Assembly (NCBI GenBank): GCA_964016885.1
Contig: OZ024749.1
Coordinates: 34,286,001-34,350,000, forward strand
Direction of reading: 5' to 3'
DNA: 64,000 nucleotides
DNA from: Eledone cirrhosa
Taxonomy: Eukaryota
Shown here: positions 1 through 13,555 of the stretch, piece after piece
How the letters are laid out: every line of letters starts with the position of its first letter
How positions within the stretch are numbered: position 1 is the first letter of the stretch
Translations under genes and position numbers: made by a program
Notes under the pieces: model-generated
Seen by the model: only the letters and a program-made list of their open reading frames with translations
Database searches by the model: none
What the model was told of the DNA's origin: nothing

Positions 1-746
1 CTATATTTCAAATATGCTCCTAACTAAAGCGCTTAGGTGGAGATAATGTACAGGTGAGAAGCATTGTCTCACAAGCACATGTTTCTGAACTTATGTACAT
101 ATGTAACACAAACACTCTCTCACATGTAAAAGATTTAAGCCTTGAGATACCAACTGACCCTGGTTCTACAATACAAAACTGTTTATTATAAAGTGCTTAT
201 TTTTATCTGAAAACCTTCCCACGTAATTTTATGTGAGAAGAACTTTGGTTAAAGTATGTTTCAAACATCAGCTTAACTATTTCATTATCATATTTCTAAT
301 GAAATATACCGTATTTCAGTTAATTAATGAACATTTAGAAGATAAAAACCTTTCTTAAGTTACACTCCAAATACCATCTTGATAAAATTATTTGAAAATG
401 ATACATAGTGTATCACAACAAAAAGCACCCAGCCCACACTGTAAAGTGGTCGTGTAAGTGTCATGACAAAAAGTACCCAATCCACACTGTAAAGTGGTCG
501 TGTAGGCATCACGACAAAAAGCACCCAGTACTCACTGTAAATAAGGTTGGCATTAGGAAGGGCATCCAGCTGTAGAAACTAAGCCAGAATCAGTTCTGTA
601 TGAACAAGACATGACCACCTGACCTAGCATTGCCCACAACAGGACAACTTGTCTAACCCATGCTAATGTGGAAAATGGATTTAAAATGCTGCTGCTGCTG
701 ATGTCTTTCATGAGAAATATAGTAATGAGAGGGTTAAGCTGCTTAC

Positions 747-985
747 TTTCTGGGTTTGTGTTGCAACAGCACTGGTGTTCTGGCTTCTTGTCTGAGAGTT
801 CTTGCTGATGGTGATCTTGACAGGAGAGATACCCTGCAGGGCGTTTGATGATGTTGAAGAGGAGGTGGTTGCAGTGGATGCTCGGGGTGTCTGAGTACCA
901 GCACAGACAGAACTTATATTATCAACTGACATACTTCTCTTCTTCCGACTGCAGCTTTCTTCTTCATCTTCAGGAACAGCACTCC
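747..985 (-). CDS. EMSY: EMSY coding exon 4 (Ser/Thr-rich, basic NLS-like motif); the gene continues beyond the left edge
   Basis: DEEESCSRKKRSMS...GISPVKITISK...TQTQK aligns with EMSY DEDEKPRKRRRTNS...MSPVKITFTK...TTTQK. Acceptor tctttacaag gives phase 1, matching exon 3. Donor gtaagc. Confidence 0.85.
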
Positions 986-1748
986 CTTGTAAAGAGAACA
1001 GCAACAATGATTAATATAAACACATAAACAAACATAAGAAAAAAAGAAAAGAGTAATATTCTTGCACTAGCACACAGAAAGGATTCTTCAGTCTTCAGAG
1101 CTGCTGTTTCAGTAAAATGATGCACAGACTAAACTCTGTAAAGGGGTTGGGGTTGGGAAAGGTATCCAGCTGTAGAATCTATGCCCAAACTGGAATGTAT
1201 GTAAGCATCTCACTGTCTACAGCCCAGCTATGACAGTAGCTCAGAGTAATTACTGATGTAGTCCATAATAACACAGCCAATCCACTGCACAGTCATCATC
1301 ATCATCATCATCATCATCATCGTTTAACGTCCAGGTTTAGACGGGAGTTTTCCCACTTGAGGCAAGAGTGATTGTCTTGCTCGCATAGGACTGTCTGCCG
1401 GGTTTTCTACAGTTGGATGCCCTTCCTAACACCAACAACATTTACAGTGTGGGGCTGGGAGGTTTTTACCGTGTTGCCTACATGGCCACATTACAGCGTG
1501 GACTGTCTGGCGGGTTTTCTACAGCTGGATGCCCTTCCTAACACCAACCACATTTACAGTGTGGGACTGGGAGGTTTTTACCGTGTTACCTACACGGCCA
1601 CATTACAGCGTGGACTGTGTGTTTTTTTTGTCATGACACCTACACGATCTCATATGTTCAAGTGTCTTCTACCATATAGACTTCAACTGACTAATGCTTT
1701 CTGAGTGAAATTTGGTAAATGGAAACTGCAGAACCCTGTCATGTATAG

Positions 1749-2085
1749 CATCATCATTTCATTTTATGTCTGCTTTTTCCCTGCTTGCAAGGGTGGGACG
1801 AGAACTGATTCTGGCTTGATTTCTACAGCTGGATGCCCTTCCTAACACCAAACTTATTTACAGTGAGTGCTGGGTGCTTTTTTGCCGTAGCACCTCCACG
1901 ACCACTTTGCAGTGGAATGATATGGACCCCAGTCCCTATCATCTCATTTCTACAGATGAGTAAACTGGAGCAATGTGAAATAAAGTGTCTTGCTCAAGGA
2001 AACAACACATCACCCAGTCTGAGAATTGAACTCACAACCTTTCGATTGCAAGGCCAATGCTCTAACCACTAAGCCATGTGCCTCC
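1749..2085 (-). mobile_element. Full-length tRNA-derived CORE-type SINE (octopus OR-like), young subfamily
   Basis: A box TGGCTTAGTGG, B-box-like GAGTTCAATTC, CORE-like ccttgagcaagacacttt, tail aggaagggcatccagctgtag ending in (GAT)n. Near-identical to copies at 36458 and 43172. Confidence 0.8.
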
Positions 2086-2832
2086 ATATATATATATACA
2101 TATGTTGGTGTTAGGAAGGGGATCCAGCCATAGAAACCAAGCCAAAATCAGTTCTGTGTGAGAGAAACATGGTCCTCTGACTTGATCTCCCACAAAGGAA
2201 CAGTCCATCCTACCCATGCTAATGTATGGAAAATGGATGTTAAAGAATGATAATGATGATGATATATCATCATCATCGTTTAACATCTATCTTCCATGCT
2301 AGCCTTCGGTTTTATGTCAACTATGTCGGGCTCTTATGGGTTGGATGAGACCTTCAACGCAATGTTTTACAGCCAGATGTACTTCCTGAGATTAACCCTT
2401 TTAGTTGCTTCTTAGGACATGCAAGGATAATACATGGTTGTGTGTGTGCGTTTATGTCACATAATTGAATTAAGTATCAGACTTGGAAGAAAAAAAAATT
2501 GAAAAAAGTGAGTACTGTGGTCAATATAATCAACTTTAAGGCAGTGCCAGAGCATGGCCATAGCCTAATAACTGAAACTAATAAAAGAAGGTAGTGCCCC
2601 AGAATGGCCACAGTCTACAGTCTGAAATCCCCCCCCCCCCAAAAAAAAAACACCCAGCCAACTCTGTAAGGTGATAGTGTTGGTATCACAACAAAAAGCA
2701 TCCATTCCACCCTGTAAAGTGGCAGTGCCACAGCATGGTTAGTCTAATGAGTGAAATTAGTAAAGAAAGCAGTGCTACAGCATGGTCAGAGTCTAATGAG
2801 TAAAAGAATAAAAGAATATTGACTTGACTTAC

Positions 2833-3008
2833 AATCTTTGTTCCCAGTGTGCATAGGATTGGGCATGGTAGCATTCTTCTCCACTTGTAAGTTAACTGCT
2901 TGGTTAGCTGTGACAGTAAAAGCAGTCTGTGGGACTAACCGAGGCATCAAAGGAATAAGACGACGACCTTCAATCAGCCAATCAGCATCTGTACTGGGCC
3001 CACACATT
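2833..3008 (-). CDS. EMSY: EMSY coding exon 3 (end of ENT domain and adjacent conserved segment)
   Basis: MCGPSTDADWLIEGRRLIPLMPRLVPQTAFTVTANQA matches EMSY MSGPNSSSEWSIEGRRLVPLMPRLVPQTAFTVTANA. Acceptor tttcag, donor gtaagt (phase 1). Confidence 0.95.
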
Positions 3009-3361
3009 CTGAAATTTAAGGTAAAAGCAAATCAATGTAACGAACACCAAATACCTTATCTATTTACATACACATTTCATATATAGCACACACTCTACCC
3101 TGTAGTATAGGAATTATTTTATGTTCTGTTACATAGAAGTAGAAATATCTATAGGAGCTATGAGGCCTTATTTATGTGGAGGAATTATTTTAACAATTCT
3201 GGATTACATTGTGAATTTCAGCCTCTTGAAAGTAGCACCCCTGTCAACAATACAATATTTAACTTACAAAAAAAATAGTTTAAAACATTCAACTTTTACA
3301 TAAGTATGTATGTTGGCTATTTTCCCCCATTCCCTAGTGAGTTATTAGAGCAGCAGATTAA

Positions 3362-3569
3362 TCCTTTAGCATTTACATTACTCTATATTTACTATCATAT
3401 TTTCATGGTAAAGGCTTTACCTCACATAATATCGAATCTATTTGATTTTAATATTATTTATCTTGAGAACCATACCTTAACATTAGTATGAGCGGCAGGT
3501 TACAGCTGGTTTGAACAGAAAGAAGTGAGAGAATTCTGGCTGGATACAGACGGTTTAAATGCTAAAGGA
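3362..3569. mobile_element. piggyBac-like MITE (TTAA TSD)
   Basis: TTAA-tcctttagcattta...taaatgctaaagga-TTAA. Family also at 13076-13273, 13556-13753, 28949-29153 and about 52543-52731. Confidence 0.7.
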
Positions 3570-4609
3570 TTAATGGCTTTGGTAATTTTTTCTTGTACTT
3601 TGAGTTCCAAGTTCATATCCCAGTACCAGTCCAGGGACAGTGGATTGAAGGAATTATTAAAGAGTCAGATGGGATGCTTTGCAGTGTATGTTCTAACTTT
3701 GTGGCTTGAGTTCAAATTCCTTCTGGTAAAAGATTCACTTTTCCAGTGACACTTCTGCCAAGAGTTGCCATCGGTAAATAGTACCAGTAATGGAAAGACC
3801 AACAGAAACATTGTTTCTTTGGTTAAATCTGATAATAAGCTTCTTTCCTTCAGTGAATAGTCATATTCAATACATGACTGCAATTAAGTTATGTTTAATG
3901 CCCCAGCTAATTTCATTCAACCATTTTGATACTAAACTATCTGAAATGTTTATCCTTATATTAAAATTTCTAATTTTATTTTAGAAATTTTTTTAAAGTA
4001 ATGTTCTAAATATTAGTTTACTTATGAAAAACTTAGTTATTTTATCAATGCATTTCCTCTTGTGGTCATATATGGTAATTTCTCTTAGTACTTGACACTA
4101 ACCACTTTTTGTTTTGACAATACCTCCTTGAGCCAAATATTGAGAAGTGATAGTTTAACATGACCATACAAAAATTACTTTAAGTTTATGAATTATTAAC
4201 ATAAAATCATGACATTTTCAGTGAATTTTCTAAAGAATATTGCAGAAAATTTCATTATATTTACAGATTATTAAATAAAATAAAATGTAAACAAAAACAT
4301 GAAAAAAAATTATCTTCTGTAAGTATCAACATATTTAAGGGAAATGTTCCAGATGATAGGGCTTAAACAGTTAATACAGAGATGTACCTTGCATTGCTTA
4401 CAGCCTATTTTTGGTTCCCTTCTAATATTTTGTTACGAACACTGCTTGCAAGTTCTCTTTTTCCTTGTCTACAGACCAGTGTGGTATCCTGATCCTGGGG
4501 AACTGCTTCCTTTTATAGGAATAGTCCCCAATAAGTTGATGGGCTAGGTTCATTCTGAAACCCAACTGGGTACATTTTTTTCTTTGCCTTTTCTAGACAG
4601 AAGTTTATG

Positions 4610-5225
4610 GTTTGGTGATTCTTTCATCAAATCCTTCGTCATCTCTTCCGCCAGTCTTAGCGATTTGAGGTCGGCCCTCACAACCTCTACCCAGGTCTTT
4701 CTTGATCTACCTTTACAATGGAATTTATTCAGACTGGACATTGTCCATGTGCATCATATGTCCATATCAACGCAGTCTTCTCTCCTACATACCATCTTGG
4801 ATTCCCCTTAAGCTCAGCTTCTCTCTCAGCTCATCCAAGCTCTGCCTTTCTCTCACATTTACATTGTACATCCAATAAAGCATGGTTGCTTCATTTCTCT
4901 CCAGTCTATGCATGTCTTCTGCAGTCACAGCCCATGCTTTACTACCACGCAGAATTGCACACTGCTCACAGGTATCATACAGCCTTCCTTTTCTATGTAG
5001 GGAGAAACCTTTTGTTGTCAACAGTTCTCTGAACTTCTTCCACCCTATCCTTATTCTAGCTATTATACTCTCAACGCACCCTGCTCCACTGCTAATTAGG
5101 TCACATAGATAGCAGAAGCTATCAGCCACGTCTATAGATCTTTCCAGTGACTGGAAAAGGTTTATATCATTGGCCCTCTTCCTCTCGATTTCTCCTGTGC
5201 ATCTTCTACATGCAAAGTTCTCTCT
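4610..5225 (-). mobile_element. RTE-clade LINE 3' remnant
   Basis: FACRRC...DSFCYLCDLISSGAGCVESIIARIRIGWKKFREL...KGRLYDTC...GRSRKTW, typical of the RTE C-terminus. Degenerate. Confidence 0.8.
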
Positions 5226-5276
5226 GTCTGTCTCTCTCTCTATATATATATATATACACATATGCATAATACTCAC

Positions 5277-5351
5277 TTATCTGCTATTGTTGCTAACTGC
5301 TCATCATTGACAGCTCTCCTCACCTCAGCACGGTGTCGCTCTGTAGAGATG
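5277..5351 (-). CDS. EMSY: EMSY coding exon 2 (ENT domain)
   Basis: Not in the ORF track. ttattgcag|C ATC TCT ACA GAG CGA CAC CGT... reads (S)ISTERHRAEVRRAVNDEQLATIAD(K), near-identical to EMSY SISTERHRAEVRRAVNDERL. Donor gtgagt. Phases 2/2 fit the neighbouring exons. Confidence 0.95.
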
Positions 5352-6658
5352 CTGCAATAAAGAAACAATACTTGTACATTTCTTTATTTATGAAGAAAAT
5401 AGAAGATATAGACATGTAGATGACAAACATGCATACATTATGGCTGCATCTTGATTTCAAGAATTGCTACCACCTGATCTCTCTCTCTCACACATAAGTG
5501 GCATGAATACGTCTCTTTAGCCCTACCAAGGACTTACATTCCTTTCTGCATATGCTGCAGTGATGAACATTATTTCCACTTTAGTTCCCTGTTTTGTTTT
5601 GGTCAGTTTTCAAATGACATTGAAGTCCACTGGTCAAGGCACATTGTTTTCCACCTTTCCAACAACAAAAAATGCACATAATGTCATTTTGAACGTACAT
5701 AGATATATACAGGCAGTGAATTGGCAGAGTCATTAGAATGCCGGATAGAATGCCTTGTAGTGTTCTTTTAGCTCTCTGCATTCAAATCTCGCTGAACTCA
5801 ACTTTGCCTTTCGATAAAAAAGCACCAGTCTAGTACTGGGGCCGATTCTTCCTCAATATCTCTTTCTTACTTCCTTTCGCTCACTCTCGCTATCCTTCTC
5901 TGGAAGAAATCTACTGTATTCAGGCTTGGAGAGGAGATGGGCTCCACCAGGTTTAAAGAATGCCCTAGAAACGCTGTATTTCAATGCAGCGCCCCTACAA
6001 CTCCTCAGGAGTTACAGTTCCATACCATACACACATACAACAAGCATTTTAAGGTCATTTCCTCTGCTAAAACAGGGGTTAATCATGCTATCCTCTCGTC
6101 TGGTTTCTCTATTTTCCCCCTACCCTCTACATGACCCTGTCACCAACACCTGGCATTCATCTCCTCCATCAAACAAGAATGGCATATATATGCATACATA
6201 AACATCTGAACACAGCTGATTTCTTCTAGTGAATCAGAAAACGAAAGAGAGAGAGAGAAATGAAGAAACCTACTTTAGTACAGAACTGGTAATTTATCGA
6301 CCTAAAAAACAAAAAAGTTGACTTCAACAAAATCAGATGTTAACTTTGCCTGGCTCCATGACAAGCTTAATGAGAGGATCATACGGTCCTTTTTGAGTTA
6401 ATGTTTTAAAACCAGCTGCACTTCCTGGTGCTAACCCATTTATTCATCTCTTATAGCATACAAAGATATAGTGTATGTCTTCTAAATCAGATACCTGGCA
6501 TGTCTGAGGGGTTAGTAGTTCTGCTTCAATAATGATTCAGTAAGTCACAACCCGTCCAACTCTTTTTAGCAATGAAAACAGATATTAGATGATGATAATG
6601 ATGATACACAGTAAAACAAAAATGCAAAAAAAAGAATCAACAATGATCTGGCACAAAC

Positions 6659-6819
6659 CTCAAAGCATGCTGCAGGTCTTTGAGTATTTTTTTCTTATCT
6701 TTGGTGAGAATTCCTTGTGCTCTAAATGCAGAAATGAGGGAAGAGTAGGCTTCAAGCTCCAGGCGGCGTAAAATCCGTTTAGACTCATCGCGAGATAAGT
6801 CTAGTAACAATGGCCACAT
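6659..6819 (-). CDS. EMSY: EMSY (BRCA2-interacting transcriptional repressor), first coding exon, N-terminal half of the ENT domain
   Basis: MWPLLLDLSRDESKRILRRLELEAYSSLISAFRAQGILTKDKKKILKDLQHAL closely matches the vertebrate EMSY N-terminus (WPTLLDLSRDECKRILRKLELEAY...RAQG). GT donor at 6658-6657, phase 2. Polypyrimidine tract and AG acceptor upstream at 6876-6875. Confidence 0.95.
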
Positions 6820-7429
6820 ACTGCTGCCACCTGGTGCAGGCTACTGAAAGTTTGGATGGAACATCATGAGAGAGCTTTAGGGAAACAAACGAAAAATAAA
6901 AAATAATTTATATAAAATTAAAATAACTATAACTATAACAGTATATATATATATTATAAGACATAAATATAAAAGAATTTTTTGAAATGTACATGTGTTT
7001 AAACAAATTCTTCCTAAGTTTGTTTAGTGTGTGGGCATGCATATACACAAACTCTTTAAATAGGGGGAATTGCCAGAACAATTTCATAAAAAGTAGAACC
7101 AAATTTACAAAACATAGCAGATTATATGGCATGTTAGTTATTTCAAACCAAGTGGTGCTCTACCCCTTCCATATTTTGCTTCATATGCAGTGTGAGCCAC
7201 ACAACAACAAATATAATGAATTAACTTTCAGGAATTTCAATATAAAATTACATTAGACATAGAAACACCCTACCCAAATTTATAGCTCACATCACTGCAT
7301 GTGGTTGTATCTCAAGTGTTTGAATTATAGGGGCTTTCAGTCCTATCATATATTACAAGCACCAATTCAAAACAGAAAATAGTTACTGGCATAATGATGA
7401 GTCAAAATTCATGTATCAGTTATCACTTG

Positions 7430-7465
<36 letters not shown>

Positions 7466-7639
7466 ATTGTTTCTACTTTTGGCACAATTACTCAGTATAT
7501 TACTGGTACTTTATTTTATCGACCCCGTAAGGATGAAAGGCAAAGTCAACCTCGGTGGGTAATGCACACACATACTTCCTACTCTCACGTTGCTGACAGC
7601 TCCTCTGTACATGGCTTGCACTGCTCTCACCAATCATTC

Positions 7640-7790
7640 TTCTACATCCAATTTCCTTAAGGATCACCAGATAAACGATCAAGGTACTCTGTCAAAGGCC
7701 TTTTCTAGATCAACGAAAGCTATGTATAGTGGCTTATTTTTGGCTAGGAACTTCTCTTGTAGTTGTCTCAGTAAAAAGAGGGCATTTGTA
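7640..7790 (-). mobile_element. RTE reverse transcriptase fragment
   Basis: The minus strand reads LRQLQEKFLAKNKPLYIAFVDLEKAFDRVP. A similar fragment (KPLHLDFMNLERAFDRVP) lies at about 10050-10130. Confidence 0.75.
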
Positions 7791-10700
7791 GTGTGTGATT
7801 ATATATATATATATACGAGGGACTGTGACAAATGGATATATATAGTCGTTTGCAGTGTAATGTTTAGTTACTGATGGTTCACTAGTTTGAGCACTTTTAC
7901 ATGGATCCAGTTACCAATGTAAGATTTGTTATTCATGTCATCACAGGTTTTGGTATCCGTAACAAGCAGAATGTTAAGAATAAGTGAATGAGAACAAAGT
8001 ATGAACTTAGCATCATATACACATTTCAATCAAACATGATGCCTGTTTTGCAATCGATCAGCTTAAGGTATGATCAAATCCGATTCTGGAATCAATAGTT
8101 CGTCAGACTTAGGGATTTTCATTTAAAAAATGTGGTTGGTGTTAGGAAGGGCATCCAGCTGCAAGATACCTGGTCAAATTTACAGTCCTCATTGGAGCAA
8201 GGTATGGCATGGCCAATTCTGGCCAGACTTGTCTCCCAACATGGACGACCCGTCAAACCCATGCAAGCATGGAAAAATGGATGCTAAATGACGATGACGA
8301 CGATGATGACAGGCATCTAGTTTCCCTCTACCAAATTTCAGTCATAAAGCATTGGTCAACCATAAGCTACTACAAAAGGCACTTGTCCAGGAGGCTATGT
8401 AGTGAGACTGAACCCAAAACCATGTGATTGCAGAGCAAACTCTTTAGTTACATAGCCATGTCTGCATCGCTAAATATAAAATGCCTGCTACTCAAAATAA
8501 GTTTTTGAATCTATTTTTAATAGTGGTATTTCATCTCCACAAGATAATTAAGTCAATTAATTAGAATCAATTATTTTTCTTTTTTTGTAGCACATTAATT
8601 ACAGCAACACCATCCAAGCATTTATTCTAACTTCATTTCATCGCCATTTGGAATGTGAGGTCAACACCCTTTTATTTAAACTTAAATATGGCTCTTTTTC
8701 ACTGTGTAATAAAGGAGGGAAAGGCAGTACATATGACCCTTTTCAGGGTCTAGAAGACAGGTATCCTCAATTCGAAGACCTTGCACAAATGCTTCTAAAA
8801 CCTTTCCAAATCTACTGCCCCATAGTTCCATACCCTCCCCCCTCTCAATTAGCAATTTACACATTGCTATGGAAATAACAAGAAAACATAATAAAGCAAA
8901 CAAGTGCTAAAGCAGAAGTTAGTCATCTAGGCCCCATACTCATCATGAAGTTCTTTCTTCTGATCAGATGCCCTTCCTGGTACCAACTCTTTTTAGTTGG
9001 TCTTACAGCACACAGGTGCACAGTGCACATATCTTAAACTGGATATACACAGCTCCATAAATTAACCCTCATTGTCTCTCTCTATTTATCTTACTCAAAG
9101 GCATTATTCACAATAGCCAATTTACATGTTACTATGGAAATCAGAAATTATAATTTAACAATATTGACTATTTTTATATCTGATTCAAAATCTAATTTCA
9201 TTAATAAAACCTCATTAAGCAAGAGCAGCTAATCAGACTATAACACAAGTTGTTTATCTTGCTGCTTTCTGCTAGAAACTACAAATGCATTTACAGTATT
9301 GGATTTGTATACCAGGCAGCGAATGAGCAGAGTCATTAGAACATTGGATAGAATGCTTTATGGCATTTGTTCCAGTTCTCTGCTCTCTGAGTTCAAATCC
9401 CGCCGAGGTCAACTTTGCCTTTCATCCTTTTCAAGCTTGATAAAAAAAAAGTAGCAGTCTAGTACCGGAGTCGATTCTTCCTCTCTCTGGAAGAAACCTG
9501 CTGTTCTCAGGACAGGAGAGGGATGGGCTCCGTCAGGCTTAATGCCCAAGATACGCTCTATGTCAATATGGTGCTCCTACAACTCTATCAGGAGTTACGG
9601 GACCATACCATACTATTTGTATACCAGATTTTTATTTATTGGTTTGTCAGGCAATTGAGGGAGTCTATTTCACGTGGACCCCTATTGCTTACTTCCCCCG
9701 TGCATCCATCACACACAAAATCAATCTTCTCCATCAACCTGCCTATAATCCCACTACATCTCTTGTATATAGAGATGACATTGTGTGCATCTAATACAAT
9801 TTCTACCCACTCCTCTTTGACATACCAAACAAGGTCACTTCTGGTATCAGGTTCCTGTCGACCTTCCCACTTATCAAGAGCTCCTACAGTTTGCTGGTCA
9901 CAAAGTGCTCAGTAATGGTCTGAAAATCTGTAATAAACAGCAGCTGATTGAGGGATTTGAAATCATCACTGTGCTCATTAACAACTTCCACTCTACTTGT
10001 TTTGCCTGCACAGCTTGCATGAACCTTTCCTTCACACCTATATTCCCTAACACTCACCAAATATAGAGCAGGGAACCCTGTCAAAGGCCCTCTCCAAATT
10101 CATAAAGTCCAAGTGCAGGGGTTTCCTCTTATATATATATATATCATCATTTCTGTTTAGCATCAGTTCTTCCATGCTTGCAGGGGTTAAACGGGTCGTC
10201 GATGCTGGGAGGCAAGTCTGGCCATGTCGCACCTTGCTTCAGCGAGGACTAAATTTGGCCGGGTATTTTACAGCTGGATGCTTTTCCTAACACCAACCAC
10301 ATTAGATTTATACACAGACACACATTAAGTACAAGTCCTCTTAATGTATGTCTTAGTTTCAGGCAAAAATGTTCAAACATAAATTTATGTATGTTGGCAG
10401 CCATAACCACCACTTTGTTTGTAAAGTTAAGAAGTATCCATCTTAAATACAAACATGAGAGGAGGGGTGGAGCCAGCATTGTATAGAAGAGAAAAAAAAA
10501 AACAAAAACAAAAAAGAAACTGGATATACTATTTTTGGAGGGAAGAAAAACAAAAAAAGATTTACAATACAGGTGGAATGATTTTCGCTATAGGTTTTGT
10601 TTGAGAAGATTTGATGTGGGGCTAAACAACCATACAGACACACGTACACAGCAGTGAGCAGAGAACAGCATGTCAGTAGTCAGCCTACTACTGCTTACTG

Positions 10701-10992
10701 TTAATGTATTTCATAGAGATATAGAGAGGGACTGCTATTTGTTATTCTATTGCTGACTACCCTTAGGTAGTCTTGAAATATATTCTATTCTGTTCTCAAT
10801 AAAAACATTAAATAAATTTTAAAAAAAAAGAAAAAAAAAAGCCAAATTTCAAATTTTGGAGGAAAAAAAGACTAACAAAAATTTGAACCCTTTTGATACC
10901 AAACTATTTGAAAGCCTCCCTGATTCTAGAATATAAAGCTCTTTATATTTATCTAAAAATCTTCCATTAAAATTTTATGTAAGAACCTATGT

Positions 10993-11172
10993 ACAAGAGT
11001 CGGCTGAAAAGTTTATACACTGACAATGAAGGAATGAAATCTTGCATGCATTAATTTAAACTCTTATTAATAATTGCATTGTTTCTTTCTATGGACTATG
11101 TTGAAAAATAAACCTCATTTTGTCATTCCATGAGTATCTTGGTCAGCCTATGAACTTTCCAGCTGACCCATT
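10993..11172. mobile_element. Mariner-derived MITE
   Basis: Imperfect TIRs gtcggctgaaaagtttatacactgac and gtcagcctatgaactttccagctgac resemble the 43096 mariner terminus. Confidence 0.6.
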
Positions 11173-11239
11173 ATGTTCCAAACACCAACCTAATAATGAG
11201 AAACTTCAGTTATATCAGTTCAAATTCTTGATTGAGATA

Positions 11240-11675
11240 TATCAATACACAGACAGGGGGACCAACCAACCAGATATAGACAAAGACCACAAGAAAAAAA
11301 AATGTCTTAATAGATACACCTGTCCACACGGATGATAGTGTATCCATCAAAGGAATGGAGAAACTATCCAAATATAAAGATTGAGAGATAGAAATAACCC
11401 GAATGTGGATGAGGAAAACAGAAACAATACCTATTATAATAATAGGTGCTCTGGGAATGATAAAAAAACAAAAACAAACACAGATAGATACATAACCAAA
11501 ACACAAGGACTTACAAATACATAACATACAGAAAACAGTACAACATTGCACACATGTTATGAAAAGTACTCTTAATACAATAGAAATAAAAACACAAATA
11601 ACAACACTGCTGTGCTCATCAGTAATGCAGCGATAGCTCACAATAAAAACCAGACTAATAATAATAATAATAATT
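11240..11675 (+). mobile_element. RLE-type (R4/Dong-like) non-LTR retrotransposon 3' remnant
   Basis: NQPDI...CP...EKLSKYKD.EIEITRMW...IPIIIGALGMIKK restriction-like endonuclease motif, followed by a (TAA)n tail. Confidence 0.7.
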
Positions 11676-12139
11676 GAAGTTGTGATGGAAAACACAAGTC
11701 ATATTTTATCATGTTCTGATGCAATAAAAAAAAAATGATATAGATAGCAATCTAATCTCTTTCTTTTTCCATTTGTCCTTTTTCTATGTTCCGAGTAATT
11801 TGATTCTACTTAGAGACTTCAAAAAAACAAAACCAAAAACAAACAAAAAAAAATAATAGTACAGTTCCCCAAATACTGTGAATCTAAAGCTAGCTGCTAT
11901 CAACAATGTAGTAGTAGTAGTGGTGATGATAGTATTAGTAGAAGCAGCAGTAGTGGCGATAGTAGTAGTAGTGTAAAGTGAGTTGATATTCCACTGCCTG
12001 CAATGGAGACATTCATTAGAAGCAGATATTGTTGCAACAAATGTAAATGTGAATATGTTACTATTTAGCCCTGGGCCACTAGGTCAGCCTTGCTGGAACA
12101 GATATCACACACTCACTTGCAAAACCAAAGGCATACACA

Positions 12140-12500
12140 TAGAGAACTGAGACACTCGTCTTCTCAAGGAAGCCTGCGTAATGCATTCTACATGTGAGTG
12201 GAGTTCTACTGAATCAGGTGGAGAAGTTCAAGTATCTCAGGGCTGTGTTCATGAGTGATGGAAGACAAGAGGCTGAATTAAGTGCAAGAATTGCTGGAGC
12301 TAGTGCATTACTGCACAAACTTCAGCATTGTGTCATCAGAAGAAGGGAGGGAGTAAAAGCCAAACTAGCTATCTCCAATTCGATATTCATGCCAATCCTT
12401 ACCTATGGTCATGAATCTTGGTTAATGACCAAAGGAATACAATTGCAAATACAAGCAGCGGAAATGATGTCCCTCCATAGGTTTTTAGGAGTAATGTTAA
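12140..12500 (+). mobile_element. RTE-like LINE fragment
   Basis: QVEKFKYL...SARIAGAS...SIFMPILTYGHESW. Confidence 0.75.
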
Positions 12501-13075
12501 TATCTAATATCATTGCTAGGTATCAACTTACATACCTTATCACCCAGTATTTCTAAACTGAATATTAATGACATGTCATAACTGGATGATTGATGGTAAC
12601 ATATGTGTTTATGTCACTGTTTACCGTGTTACTCAGTGCTACATTTCAGCTAGCTTAATCATTTCATGACCATATTTCTAATGTTTGTTTGAAAAGTCAC
12701 CACAATGTAAATGAACTATAGATTATAACTGACTAAGTTAGGCAAAGTACCTTTGGAGAAGGTAAAAAGTGGATAGGACTGCCTGGTTATAGTGTTAGAC
12801 TTACAATCATATGGTTGTGGGTTTGATTTCTGGACCAAGCAGCATGTGTTCATGAGCAAGATGTTTCATTTCATGATAAGACTGGGAGCCACTATTATTA
12901 AAACACCCCCAAAATAACATTCAAGTTCAGAAAAAAAGGTGAATATTTAACTATTGTGGTGTCCTTATAGCTCATCATAAATGTGTATGTGTTTATGTTA
13001 CATAAGTTCAATAAAGACATAGAAAAATGATTTCAATACTAGGGTTGATATGATCAACTAAATAAATACCTTTAA

Positions 13076-13273
13076 CCCTTTAGCATTTAAACTGGTCATA
13101 TCTGGCGAGAATTCTCTAACCTCTTTCTGTTCAATTCAGCAGCTTATTCTGATGTTAAGGTATTGTTCTCAAAATAAATAATATCAAAATCTCATAGATT
13201 CAATATTATGTGAAATAAAGTGTTTACGGTGAAAATATAATAGTAAATATAGAGTAATGTAAATGCTAAAGGG
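13076..13273. mobile_element. piggyBac-like MITE
   Basis: TTAA-ccctttagcattta...taaatgctaaaggg. Confidence 0.7.
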
Positions 13274-13555
13274 TGAAGGTGGTGCCCTAGCTTGGGCACA
13301 GTTAGAAGAGTGAAATGAGAAGACTAAAAGAATAAAAAATAACTTGGTGTTAAAGTAGCTAATTGAGTAAAGAAAATACTAGAAGAGAGCCAATTATTTC
13401 AAGTGTCAAAACAAAGACAGAAACAAGAAACCACAGAGAAGTAAAATAATGAAGATAGTACAAGCTTCATCAGATTAAAATGGATTGTTGAACAGTCAAC
13501 TAGCAGAATGATTGTTGCTGATAGCAATAGCTGAATGTCACATGTAGTTTCTTAA

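Noticed and set aside
1833-2072. Apparently conserved small protein repeated at 36471 and 43185
   Set aside because: Antisense translation of a multi-copy SINE.
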